Source: Malacoraja senta (taxonomy: Eukaryota). From it: DNA of 64,000 nt. The position numbers and the translations under genes are program-made. The stretch is from contig CM075990.1 of assembly GCA_038087875.1 (NCBI GenBank), forward strand, positions 15,750,001-15,814,000. Reading direction: 5' to 3'. Positions 47,299-60,524 of the stretch are shown one piece after another (position 1 is the stretch's first letter; every line of letters begins with the position of its first letter). The notes under the pieces were generated by a model, which worked only from the letters and a program-made list of their open reading frames with translations, ran no database searches and was not told the origin of the DNA.

Positions 47299-47617
47299 TG
47301 GGCCTGTCCCACTGTACGAGATAATTCAAGAGCTATCCCGAGTTTTAAAAAAACAACCAAACTCGTGGTAAGCACGTAGAATGTACGTTGCGGGTACGTC
47401 GGAGCTCGGGACGTCTCTTAGCGGCTCGTAACGCTAACGGCAGGTACTTGGGAAACGCAGTAAGCTCGGGAAGACTCGTGAAGATTTTTCAACATGTTGA
47501 AAAATGTCCACGAGAGCCCCGAGTACCTACGAACGGCTATTACCGTAATTCTCCGAGTTCGAATCAGGGGAAACTCGGGAGAACTCTTGCATTAGCTCGT
47601 ACAGTGGGACAGGCCCA
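47299..47617. mobile_element. PIF/Harbinger-type MITE
   Basis: TIRs tgggcctgtcccactgtacgag / ctcgtacagtgggacaggccca with TAA on both sides. Confidence 0.88.
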
Positions 47618-47769
47618 TAAAGTGACCGTTTTTGGGTGGGCACTTTAAAGAAGACACATTACTGCAGCCATGTGTTCTTAATCATTGGAGTTTAAGCACG
47701 TGTTGAGTGATCCCCACACGCATGCCCCAACAAAGATCTCTACAAAGGTTTAAACAAAATCACTGCTCT

Positions 47770-48043
47770 TTATCCACACAGACATCACCACTGGTCTGTT
47801 TCCAAGATGGCGCCCAACGCAGGCGACTATTTGCGTGCCAACCACAGAAGTAGGTCTACAATCACATATTACAATCCCTCCACACTCTTAAAGCTCTATT
47901 CCTACAGCAACGTTTCCTACTTTAACTATGATATCATGTACACTGTAAATGGCTCGATTGGAATCATGTATCGTCTTCCCGCTGACTGGATAGCACGCAA
48001 CAGTAGCTTTTCACTGTACCGTAAACTAAACTAACTAACTAAA
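47770..48043 (+). mobile_element. Short element joining a caagatggcg head to a Rex/Babar-type tail
   Basis: Head ccaagatggcgcc. Tail gactggatagcacgcaac...cttttcactgtacc plus (taaac)n. cactgctct is repeated at 47761-47769 and 48044-48052. Confidence 0.55.
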
Positions 48044-49454
48044 CACTGCTCTCCATACCAAGGAAGTCTTCAGATAAATTTTAGTTTGAGGTTGTACAAT
48101 GCTTGGCCAAGTTTATTTTCCATTCTGTGACTAATTACAGACACCTGGAGACTGCCTCCTACTGGCAGTGATACTCAAGCAGGGAGAATTGCAAACTTTC
48201 AGAAGATTTCAATTGTGAAACATTGTCCAGAGGTTCTTCAAAGCTGCGAATTGAAAACAGCCTAAGGTCGACAGGAGGCTTTTGAGAAGTTAACCAAATT
48301 CTTCATAATATAGACATAGAGGCAGAATTAAGCCATTCGGCCCATCAGGTCTAGTCCATTATTTGATCGTGGATGATCTATTTTTGTCCACTCATCCCCA
48401 TTCTCCTGCTTTTTCCCCGTAACCTTTGATGCCCGTACTAATCAAGAACCTTTCAATCTGCACTTTAAAAATACCCAATGACTTGGCCTCCACCACCTTC
48501 CGCGGCAATGAATTCCACAGATTCACCGAATTCATGGTAAATACAGTATCCTAGATTCCAATGGTTCTACCATCACTAGGCTCTGAAAGCCAGCACTACC
48601 CTGACTCTCGAGTTGTGCTGCAAACTCCATTGACTTCTCAATGCAACCTTTTGATGATTCAATGTTCAAACAGTCCTCAGGCCATAGAGGAAAGACTGAA
48701 AGGGACTGGAGAAGAACATTTTGCTTGAGGTTGTGGCTAATATTGGCTGTGCACAATTGAATCTTGAATTCAGCAATGTCGCCCATAATGTGTCCTCCTG
48801 ACCTATTCAACACTTAAAGCAGAGTTTATGGAACAAATAAAACCTTTAAGCAGCTGTGGATCAGCTTCAAATAGTTTCCAATAGCACCTCAAATCTCTTA
48901 GGAAAGAGTATCATTGTGATAACTGGGCACTAGCGGCATGGGATATACTTACAAAAAAATATATTCACACATTAATTTATTTCTACTGATATTGGATGTT
49001 AAAAATGTTTTGTATTAGAGGAGAGAGGAAAGCAAACGTGGCTGCGGTAACAGGTCTGGGTTAAGATGTGGTGGTAGGTGTTGTTTGATTTAATTTCAAA
49101 TGAATGGATCACGCAGACATTGGCTGGAGGAGACACTGCAGAATTAACCCAGGCAGCACACCAGAGATTTTACAAGCAGCTCACTGGATGAACCTGCAGG
49201 CAAAATTATAGAAACATCCTTAGAAGGGATAGAAGATACGACTGATTTCAGAATCATGAGTTCCTTCCGAGACATGTGCATGATAACTATAGAAATGGAA
49301 ATATTTTGTCATGACTACATTGACATTGATACTCGGGTGAACTCACATAATATGGTCTATTTCTAAAGGTGGACAAGAGCGACAAGAAGGTCCAGGGCTG
49401 CACATGGAGTACTTCATCATCTCTGAGGAGGCATCATTAATGGAGACTTCCTCT

Positions 49455-49745
49455 AACTCCTCCCCCCACCCATTCCCCATTCCCCCTCCCCTCCCCCTCC
49501 CCTCCCCCCCCCTCCCCCTTCCCCTCCCCTCCCCCTTTTTACTCTTCTCCCCCCTTCATACTCCCCTCCCCCTTCTTACTCCCCCCCACCCTCCTCCCTA
49601 TTCCTATTCCTCTCCCTCTCCCTCTCCCTCTCCCTCTCCCTCTCCCTCTCCCTCTCCCTCTCCCTCTCCCTCTCCCTCTCCCTCTCCCTCTCCCTCTCCC
49701 TCTCCCTCTCCCTCTCCCTCTCCCTCTCCACCATCACTCCCCTCC
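49455..49745. repeat. Polypyrimidine tract including (CCCTCT)n
   Basis: About 19 perfect hexamers at 49610-49727. Confidence 0.97.
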
Positions 49746-50287
49746 TTCCCACCCCTCACTTGTTGCTCACCCATCACACTTGCTGTCCTGCATCCCCTCA
49801 CCCTTTCCACTGACTGCACCTCCTGGGTTGATGAGGAGTGGGGCTGACGAGCTGCAGGTGATATGTGATCATAAATCTGCAAACACCACTAATTGGATGC
49901 AGCTGTGGCTCATTGACTGTGGCCTCAGCTCAGTCCAGAGTTTTCCGGCAGCCAGGCACCATCAGTGGGCTTCTTCAGGGCCTGTTTACTGGTGTGAGGG
50001 GTCGGGGTCGGGGTCGGGGTGGCCCTTAGGGCGAACATGGCCTCCCACCCCCTACTTCATTCAGTCCGAATAAGCGTCCCAGCCCAAAACATCACCTGTC
50101 CATTCCCTCCTTGGATTCCGCCTTATCGGCTGATTGCCTCCACCACTACAAGCAAGGCAAACTCAAATACAACAGTAGGGCAAAGGGGAACTACGGTACA
50201 AAAGGGGAACTACGGTACAAAAGGGGAACATTACAGAGTGCGGAATATAGTTCTTAGCATTGTAGCGCACCATATCCACAGACAATG

Positions 50288-50932
50288 TTCAGTTCAGTTT
50301 ATTGTCACGTGTACCGAGGTACAGTGAAAAGCTTTTTGCAGCGTGCTAACCAGTCAGGAGAAAGACAATACATGATTACAATCAATCCATTTACAGTGTA
50401 TAGATACATGATAAGGGAATAACATTCAGTGCAAGGTAAAGCCAACAAAGTCCGGTCAACAATAGTCCGAGGGTCATCAAAGAGGTAGATAGTAGTTCAA
50501 CACTGCTCTCTGGTGTGGTTGGATGATTCAGTTGCCTGATAACAGCTGGGACGAAACTGTCCCTGAATCTGGAGGTGTGTGTTGTCACAAGTCTGTACCT
50601 CTTGCCTGATGGGAGAGGGGAGACGAGGGAGTGGCCAGGGTGCGACTCGTCCTTGATTATGCTGCTGGCCTTGCCGGGGCAGCGTGAGGCATAAATGGAG
50701 TCAATAGAAGGTAGGATGGTTTGTGTGATTGCCTGGGCTGCATCCACAATTCGCTACAATTTCTTACAGTCTTGGATGGAGCTGTTCCCAAACCAAGCGG
50801 TGATGCATCCTGATAAAATGCTTTCTGTGGCGCATCTGTAGAAGTTGGTGAGAGTTGTAGGCGACATGCCAAACATCCTAAGCCTTCTAAGGAAGTAGAG
50901 GCGTTGGTGCACCATCTTGGTCGTTGCTTCAA
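50288..50932 (-). mobile_element. Rex/Babar LINE 3' fragment
   Basis: AAQAITQTILPSIDSIY...IIKDESHPGHSL...LPSGKRY...FRDSFVPAVIRQLN. Confidence 0.88.
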
Positions 50933-52239
50933 TAATGTCCGCAATGGAATGGAGGCGAGTGGGACTAGTCTAGATGGACCATGTTGGCCAGTGTAGGCAA
51001 GTTGGGCTGAATGGCTTGTTTCCATGCTGTATGACTCTATAACTCTAGAGATTGAGATGAGGTGGTGCTGGGTCGAGGAGGTTGGGTGTTTTTTTAGTTT
51101 TAGATACAGTGCGGAAACAGGCCGATTCCACGCTGACCAGAGATCCCCGCACATTAACACTATCCTCCACCCACTAGGGACGATTTACACATACACCAAG
51201 CCGATTAACCTACACACCTGTGCGTCTTTGGAACTTGAGAAGGCGTGGTTATGTGGGGGCATTGAACACGTTGCAAGGCAGAGTGAGGCACGCGACAATT
51301 CAGAGACATCGTGTTACACAAAGTCATTTGATGTTTATTGTGTTTGGAACATAGATAGTTCGCCACCGCCAACTCCCAGTGAATAGAAGTGAATCAATAA
51401 TGGGCAGCAGGACTCTCTCTGCGACACTGACCATGCAAAGCTTTGCAAATCAATCAATAATTCAGTGTCCTAAATCAGCATGGTGCTTTTATACCTTGGC
51501 CTCAGAAAGTATAAATAAAACAAAACAAAGGGTTTGACAGTCAGCCACAGAGTAATAATGGAATCTTTTGCTATAATTTACATATTTAATTAGTTGCGGT
51601 CCGTTGTGTCACTGGCTATCAAACTATGCTTTGACATTGAGGAAGACACTTTCCATGTTGTTACAAACTGCAGCCAAGACTCTCCTTTCCAAATTATATC
51701 CGCTGTCCACTGCTTTTGGCTAAACCTGCACAGCAAGCGCCTATAGAAGGGTCTCAACCCGAAGCGTTACCTATTCCTTTTCTCCAGAGATGCTGCCTGA
51801 CCCGCTAAGTTACTCCAGCTTTTTGTGTCGAAGGAAGAATTTCATCTCAAATCTTCCCTTGTAGCTGAAAGTATATATCCCCCAAACCATTGTAGGGTTA
51901 ATTTAAAAAAATACACAAAGTGCTGAAGTAACTCTGCGGCTCAGGGCTGCATCTCTGGAGAACATGGGTAGGTGGCATTTCAAGTTCAGATCCTTCTCGC
52001 AAGCATTGTAGGGAGGTGGGCAAGGGTTCAAGCTTGTGACATCAGCTGAACTCAGATTCCATCTTTGGCAGGTGGAGAATCATGCAACAGGCTTGGCCTT
52101 TGCTCTTTGCAAACAATAAGGTGCCAGTATGCACATTGTTCCTTGTTGTTCATGTCTAAATGAAAGGTTACCTTATTCAAAAATAATATTCTGCAGTTAT
52201 TGGCAAGGTATGATTTGAAAGGATATTTCGCCCTATAAC

Positions 52240-52655
52240 GCAGAAGGTTAAGAGGGGACTTGATAGAGGTCTTTAAAATTATGAGCGGGTTAGACAGAGT
52301 TGACGTGGATAAGCTTTTTCCATTGAGAGTAGGGAAGATTCAAACAAGGGGACATGACTTGAGAATTAAGGGACAGCAGTTTAGGGGAACATTAGGGGGA
52401 ACTTCTTTACTCAGAGAGTGGTAGCTGTGTGGAATGAGCTTCCAGTGGAAGTGGTGGAGGCTGGTTCAATTTTATCCTTTAAAAATAGATTGGATGGGTA
52501 TATGGACGGGAAAGGAATGGAGGGTTATGGTCTGAGTGCAGGTAGATGGGACTAGGGGGAAGTATTTTTTTTTTTTTAATTAAAAAAAATGTTCGGCACG
52601 GACTTGAAGGGCCGAGATGGCCTGTTTCCATGCTGTAATGGTTATATGGTTATAT
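52240..52655 (+). mobile_element. CR1 3' fragment (young subfamily A)
   Basis: RRLRGDLIEVFKIMSG...FFTQRVVAVWNELP, with a ggttatat tail. Confidence 0.9.
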
Positions 52656-54448
52656 AGAACATGGAACTGTACAGTGGAGTGTGGGGGGAAACCAGAGCTC
52701 CCGGAGAAAACCCTCGCAGCTCACTGGGAGAAAAGACAAACTCTGTACAGACAGCACCCGTAGTCAGGATTGAACCTGGGTCTCTGGCGCTGTAAAGCAG
52801 CAACACTACCGCCACGCCACCGTGACCACCCGCTTCCTCTGCTATAGAGCTCCTATAAAGCTGCAACATTTCCTTGTGGGGGAATCTAGAATGCGGTGAT
52901 TCAGAATAAGAGGGCACTGAATCAATACACAAGGTGGTGGAATTAACCTGAGAGATGTGAAATTTTGAAGGTTGAATGATACATATTCAAGGCAGAGATG
53001 TCGATGGATAGTTTGGAAGTCAGGGATAATGGGATCAGGAAGGAAAGCAGAGCCGAGGCCAAGATTGGACCTGCCACGATGTTGAGCAGCTGGCCAATCT
53101 CTTGGGATTAATTGACTAGAATTCCCCACACTCTAAAAGCCATGACTATGCTGGTTTGCACATGATTTAGACAATGGGAAAGATGCTAATTTAAAAGGGA
53201 TCTCTCTTTCTAAGATGAAGGCACTTCATATGATTTAAGTTTTAAAAAAATGAAAGGTTACCATATTCAAACATAAGATCTGCCCTGAGCAGGTGACCTC
53301 ATTGGAGACCTTTAAACTAACTTTAATTGGACTGTACCTTCCACTAAACGTTATTCCCTTGATCATGTATCTGTACACTATGAATGGCTTGATTGTAATC
53401 ATGTATCGTCTTTCTGCTGACTGGTTAGCACGCAACTAAAGCTTTTCTTCAACCTGACTCTGAAACAAATGCCTTTCATGTTCGTACATTTCCTCTTCTA
53501 CATTTTTAACTTGCTGTGTTTTTCTAAAATGCAAAACATTTCCTACCTCCTAGAACCAAAGATCGATTCAGTTGTAGCTGGATATCAGAATACCTGTTTG
53601 TCAAGGTTTCATTAATGCACGAGTGCAAGGCTCCTTTTCCCAGCGGGGAGAGTAAGCTCATTTCTCTGGAACATAACCTGAGGCAAATGGCCCTTAAAGA
53701 AGACAATGAATGTAATTTGCGTCTTTAGCATGCTTGCAATCATACCATCGACCATTATCAGTCAATGCCAATTTCAGCGCCTCGTCTTGTTTCATATATA
53801 TCCTTAAGGGAGCTTTAAAACATTCCTGTCCTCCGCCTGTCATTTACTTGGCTATCAAAACACCAAGGTACGAATTATTTCTAACCGTTGATCGCGGTTA
53901 TTATTCAGCAATTGCTGAAAACAAAAATCAGATAAGGCAGAGACCACAAAATATAATATTTAAGAAAGAACTGCAGATGCTGAAAAAATCAAAGGTAGAC
54001 AAAAGTGCTGGAGAAACTCAGCGGGTGAGGCAGCATCTATGGAGAGAAGGAAATAGCTCCATAGATACTGCCTCACCCACTGAGTTTCTCCAGCACTTTT
54101 ATCTACCTACAAAATAAAACATGCTATCTTTACCTCCGTACGAACATAGATTTAAGGTGAGAGGGGGATGATTTAATAGGAATCTGAGGGGCAAATTTTT
54201 CACCTACAGGGTGGTGGTTAAATGGAGCGTGGTGCCACAGGAGATAGTTGAGACAGGGACTCAACAGCATTTAAAATCATTTTGGAAAGGAAAATGTTTA
54301 GAGGGAAATGGACCAAACATGAGCAAATGGGACTAGCTTGGATGGAGCAATGTATTCAGCGTGGATAAGTTGGGCCAAAGTCCCCATTTCTGTGCTGCAT
54401 GGTTCTAACATAATCTCCGATATCCCAATCCATCCACTTCCCATCACA

Positions 54449-55326
54449 GCGGCACCTTGGTGCAGCGGTGGTTGCTGCCTTATAGCGCCAGAGACCTGGG
54501 TTTGATCCTGACTAGGTTGCTGTCTTTACGGAGTTTGCATGTTCTCCCTGTGACCACGTGGGTTTTCTCCGGGTGCTCCAGTTTCCTCCCACATTCCAAA
54601 GACATGCAGGTTAGTAGGTTAATTGGCCTCTGTTTCTTGTCCCTAGTGTGTAACGATACGATTTGATAGAACTTTATTTATTTATCCCGTGAGGTAAATT
54701 GATCTGCCAACAGTTATAAAAACACAAAATACAGGAAACATGAAATTAAAGCCACGAGTGGAAAGGATTGGGGATGTGTAAAGATTGGGGTGGGTGGGAG
54801 TCAGTCTCAGTCTACCCCACGACAGAAGGGGGAGGAGTTGTACAGTTCGATAGCCACAGGGAAGAAGGATCTCCTGTGGCGTTCTGTGCTGCATCTTGGT
54901 GGAACCAGTCTGCTGCTGAAGGAGCTCCTCAGGTTGACCAGTGTGTCATGGAGGGAGTGAGCTGTATTGCCCAGGATGCTCCGCAGTTTGAGGAACATCC
55001 TTCCCTCCAAGACCAACCTCCAACTCCGCCCCCAGGATGGAGCCAGCCTACCTGATGAGTTTGTTGATCCTATTGGCGTCCACAGCCTTCGCCCCGCTGC
55101 CCCAGCACTCGGCAGGGAAGAAGATGGCACTGGCTACCACCGGTTGGTAGAACATCTGCAGCATTTTACTGTAGATGTTGAAGGAGCGGAGACTTCTCAA
55201 AAAGTAGAGCTGGCTCCGTCCCTTCTTGTACAGGGCCTCAGCGAGAACTAGTGTATGGGTGATCGAGGTTAGCACAGACATGGTGGGCCAAAGGGCCTGT
55301 TTCCACACTGTATCTCTAACTAAACG
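54449..55326. mobile_element. V-SINE interrupted by a minus-strand Rex/Babar fragment (54670-55238)
   Basis: The insert encodes LYFLRSLRSFNI...MFYQPVVASAIFF and SFFPVAIELYN. Confidence 0.8.
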
Positions 55327-56112
55327 AAAGAGACTGTAGATGCTGGAACGTAAAGCAACAGACAATCTACTGGAGGTAGTGTATCAAGCAGCATCTTTGA
55401 GGGGAGGAGTGGGGGGAAAAGAATCGTCAATATTTTGGGTCAAGACCCTCTATCAAGACTGAGTTTCGAGAGAGAAGAATGCCAGTGTAAAGTGGAGGGG
55501 AAAATAGCCAGACGGCTACTATACTCACCATTATCCCTCTCCATTCTCAGTCTTATTGATGAGGCTTGACTTGAAATGTTGACCATTCCTCTCCTCACAG
55601 ATACTGCTCGACCCGCTAATTTCCTCTAACAGATTATTTGTCGTTCCATCATCCCGTTACAGATTTCTCTTACATTTATATGGAGAGGGATTCAGCAACA
55701 CATTTAATTTCTCATCCACAAAGAAGTGCTTCTAAGATTTGCCGCCCTTCCAGTACCTCAGTGAGAGGTCACATTCAACTGCGCACATTAGTTGTGACGG
55801 AAATGACCGACAGATAAGATTAAAGTGAGTCTTTTCAAAAAAACAAAGCCACAAACCCTTTGAAGAAAAGGTTTGCAAGTTGAGCAGTGATTGAAAGTTT
55901 CTGAGCAATATTGAAGGGACACTCCAGGGGGCTGAAGGCAGGTTAAGTACTGGAAGAAGTTAAATAATTCAATGGCAAGTGCGAGGACAGCAAGGAGGAA
56001 TAGGAGGAATGTGAGAAAAGAAAAACAAACAATGGAAGGAAGAGATAGGAGGAGATGGAAGGAAGCAAACACGAGAGGTCGAAATGCATTAGAAGCAGAG
56101 ACCTTGGGTGTG

Positions 56113-56406
56113 GGGAGGCATGGTGGTGCAGCGGTAGAACTACTGCCTTACAGCACCAGAGACCGGGGTTCGATCCTGACTACAGGTGCTGTCTGTGGGG
56201 AGTTTGTACGTTCTCCCCGTGAGTGCGTGGGTTTTCTCCGAGATCTTCGGTTTCCTCCCACACTCCATAGACGTACAGGTTTGCACGTTAATTGGCTTGG
56301 TTTAAATGTAAATTGTCCCTCGAGTGTGTAGTGTGCGGGGATCGCTGGTCGGTGTGGACTCGGTGGGCCAAAGGGCCTGTTTCCGCGCAGTATCTTTAAA
56401 CTAAAC
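56113..56406 (+). mobile_element. HE1/V-SINE
   Basis: Full-length body with A and B boxes. Confidence 0.85.
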
Positions 56407-58065
56407 CTTCCCTGGTTTCAAACCATAAAAACGAAGTCTTCAAATGAAATTTAGATTAACTGGCGTATGTAAATTGTCTTGGTAATAGTTCACAGATATT
56501 ACCAGGAAATGTTCCTTCAGAAGAGAAATCCATACACATTAATCAGATGAGAAATCCTGTCTGGATTTTAATGATAAAAGCCCACCAAGCCTCTGGGTTC
56601 ACAAAGATGTATGTGCAGGAACTTAACTTTGTTGACTTTCAGAGGGCATGCATGCATGTCCTTAATATAGTGTGGAAAGTGCATGCATCGCCCCATGCAA
56701 GGCATTTAATTCCACCTATTAGTGTGGTGGAGGAGGAAAGGAGAAAGTGGAAGTATAACGTTCCCGATTCCCCTTGCCCTCCCCTTCCTTGGCCGGCACC
56801 CCTCAGCCCAAGTATATGCCAGCATTAGGGTCAGTGTAGGGTCACTTATAATACTCCAAAATGACTTCAGTTTGGACATTTTTTCCAATGTAATTGGATG
56901 AACTGTTGTGAAGGGCAATGACTGTGCTTTGTTTGTCTGCTGTTTCACTCTATTTAATTGATCAGTGTTGATAATTTGCCCAAGTATGTCCTGTTTGCAA
57001 AAAGCAGTACGAATCCAGTCCAGCAACAGCTGAGCAATCTACCAACATTTGTCAACAACATATCATGGTAGATGGACTGCTTTCATTAAAAGACATAATT
57101 GGGACACATTTCAATTAAAGATCAACCTACATGTTTCAGCAATATTTTTCCATCGATATACCCCCCCTTGACCAATCAACATAATTTAATAACCTAATAA
57201 CCACGTATAAGGTCGTATGTGTTCATAAGTGATAGTAGAATTACCTGGATAGCAGTCAAAGTTCCACACTGTATTTCAGTACACGTGACAATAATAAATA
57301 CCATTCCCAATACTCAGCAGTGGTGGGACATTTTCTCTCTCATCTGATATTTAGCCGGGACAGATCTCGTGTTCATTAACGCTTCTATATATAACCATGT
57401 CATCAGAACACGTGAAACAGGAGTCAGATGTGGAAAGCTCCAGTCTGCTACACCATTCTGTAAGACCACGCCTGGCCCGATCTTATAAATTCATAAGTGA
57501 TAGCAGAATTAGGCCATTCGACCCATCAAGTCTACTCCCCCATTCAATCATGGCTGATCTATCTCTCCCTACTTACCCCATTCCCCTGCCTTCTCCCCAT
57601 AATCCAGACCCTGCACTAATCAAGAATCTATCTGTCTCTGCCTTAAAGGTATCCACTGACGGCCTCCACAGCCTCCTGTGGTAATGAATTCCACAGATTC
57701 ACCACCTTCTGAGTAAAACTCTTAGCCGAGTTATACATTCTTACTTCTTATCCACAACTCTCGACTCCTCTCTCTCTCAGCTGCGGATATAATTAATAAT
57801 TCCACCTCCATAGCCTTGAGTTGAGTATTTCAAAGACTCTCATCCTCCAAGAAGAAATGGCTCCTCAACCTCATCTTAAGTTGGCAAAACATTGTTCTCA
57901 ATAGATGCTCCCCTGGTCTCGGTACTCTCAGCATCATAAGAGACTTACTCCATTGATGTACTTAGCACCATTTCCATGTTCTGATGGTGAATGTTTTCAC
58001 TGGGTCTGTCCAGGCCCTTCGCTTATAAGAATGGATTGTTGGGAAACATTCCTGTGTTATCTAGA

Positions 58066-58458
58066 TACATAGATAGATACATAGAAAATAGGTGCAGGAG
58101 TAGGCCATTCGGCCCTTCGAGCCTGCACCGCCATTCAATATGATCATGGCTGATCATCCAACTCAGTATTCCATACCTGCCTTCTCTCCATACCCCCTGA
58201 TCCCTTTAGCCACAAGGGCCACATCTAACTCCCTCTTAAATATAGCCAATGAACTGGCCTCAACTACCCTCTGTGGCAGAGAGTTCCAGAGATTCACCAC
58301 TCTCTGTGTGAAAAAGTTTTTCCTCATCTCGGTCTTAAAGGATTTCCCCCTTATCCTTAAGCTGTGACCCCTTGTCCTGGACTTCCCCAACATCGGGAAC
58401 AATCTTCCTGCATCTAGCCTGTCCAACCCCATAAGAATTTTGTACGTTTCTATAAGAT
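58066..58458 (-). mobile_element. CR1 3' fragment (young subfamily B)
   Basis: GLDRLDAGRLFPMLGKSRTRGHSL...FFTQRVVNLWNSLPQRVVEA. Confidence 0.9.
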
Positions 58459-59510
58459 AATCTATTTACATTCCAACCTACAAAGTGCAATCGACTGATT
58501 TTTGGGTACGTTAAATTGGTGCTGTGTTAGCCCAAATGCAAAATATGGAACCAGGCAAATTGGTCACGTTTAACTTTAAAATAAATTGTCATACTTTGCA
58601 CGCTTTTTTGTTTTGTACAGAGGATGCAGCTGTCACATCTAAACCGCACCACAGCTTGGAATCAAGTCAGATCCTCAATGTACATGTGCAGGAAGGAACT
58701 CCAGATGCTGGTTTAACCCGAAGACAGACACAAAAAGCTGGAGTAACTCAGCGGGTCAGGCAGCATCTCTGGAAAAAGGAATAGGTGACATTTTGGGACT
58801 TCAGAATTCCTATTCCTTCATCACCTATTCCTTCTCTCCAGAGATGCTGCCTGGCCCGCTGAGTTACTCCAGCCTTTTGTGTCTGTCAACCTTAAAGTAC
58901 ATGACAACCACAATACATACTAATCAATGCAAGAACCCATGCCTCTTGTATCTTTGAGAATTGACTCTTTTAAGAAATACTAGTTATTAATCTAAATAAT
59001 TCCATCATTCCAGGGGTGCCACCGAGATGAGGAAACATTATTCAGATTCAGATCAGTTTAGTGTTTTATACACCAAAGTGCAATGAAATGCATGAAGATA
59101 ATAGAGTAGAATATTGAACATAAAACAGTGCAGCAGAGAAACAGGCCTTCCAGCCAACAATATCCAGGCTCAGGGGTGTCAGGGGTTCTGGGGAAGAGGA
59201 GAATGTGGTTGAGGGGGAAAGATAGATCAGCCATGATTGAATAGCAGAGTAGACTTTTTGGGCCAAATGGCCAGATTCTGCTCCTATAACATATGAATTT
59301 ATGACTATCTGTGCCAAATAGGATGTTGAACTAAAATATTCTCTTCTGTCTGCATGTGGTCCATATTATTCATTCCATACATATCCATGTGCCTATCTAA
59401 ACTGAACATCCTGTGGGAACAATCAATGGTATTGGAATGATTCAGATCAATAAGTATCATTTGTATTTCTTAAAAGAGCCAATTCTTAAAGGTAGTTCAG
59501 TTTAGTTTAA

Positions 59511-59695
59511 GGTAGACAAAAATGCTGGAGAAACTCAGCGGGTGAGGCAGCATCTATGGAGCGAAGGAAATAGGCAACGTTTGGGGTCGAGACCTTTGCC
59601 TATTTCCTTCGCTCCATAGATGCTGCCTCACCCACTGAGTTTCTCCAGCATTGTTGTCTACCTTCGATTTTCCAGCATCTGCAGTTCCTTCTTAA
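59511..59695. mobile_element. Penelope-like fold-back insert
   Basis: Inverted arms around gggtcgagacc. tcagtttagttta flanks both sides. Confidence 0.8.
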
Positions 59696-59787
59696 TCAGT
59701 TTAGTTTAGTTTAGTTTAGAGATACACTGCAGAAACACGCCCTGTTAACAGAAATAGGTGCTCCGGTTTCTTCCCACACTCCAAAGA

Positions 59788-60290
59788 CCATATAACCATA
59801 TAACCATATAACCATAACAGCACGGAAACAGGCCATCTCGGCCCTTTAAGTCCGTGCCGAACATTTTTTTTTTTTTTTTTAAATTAAAAATAAAATACTT
59901 CCCCCTAGTCCCATCTACCTGCACTCAGACCATAACCCTCCATTCCTTTCCCGTCCATATACCCATCCAATCTATTTTTAAAGGATAACATCGAACCTGC
60001 CTCCACCACTTCCACTGGAAGCTCATTCCACACAGCTACCACTCTCTGAGTAAAGAAGTTCCCCCTAATGTTCCCCCTAAACTTCTGTCCCTTAATTCTC
60101 AAGTCATGTCCCCTTGTTTGAATCTTCCCTACTCTCAATGGGAAAAGCTTATCCACGTCAACTCTGTCTAACCCGCTCATAATTTTAAAGACCTCTATCA
60201 AGTCCCCTCTTAACCTTCTGCGCTCCAAAGAATAAAGACCTAACTTGTTCAACCTTTCTCTGTAACTTAGTTGCTGAAACCCAGGCAACC
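59788..60290 (-). mobile_element. CR1 3' fragment (subfamily A) inserted in a V-SINE
   Basis: ORF 59905-60288 (LYSLERRRLRGDLIEVFK) and an (accatata)n tail. Confidence 0.9.
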
Positions 60291-60524
60291 CAGACGTACA
60301 GGTCTGTAGGCTAATTGGCTTGGTGTAACTGTAAATTGTCCATAGTGTGTGTAGGATAGTTCTAGTGTGCGGGGATTGCTGGTCGGCACAGACTTGGTGG
60401 GCCGAAGGGCCTGTTTCCTTACTCTTTCTCTAAAACAAAAACTAAAAGCTAAAGCACTTTCTCACCAGCAGTCAGGGGTGGGTTACCAAGCAAGTGACAC
60501 CCACACCCTAAAATATCTGCAGTT

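Noticed and set aside
53631..53657. Micro-exon look-alike ctccttttcccag-cggggaga-gtaagc
   Set aside because: It is on the strand opposite KCNMA1, is only 8 nt, and has no supporting plus-strand gene.
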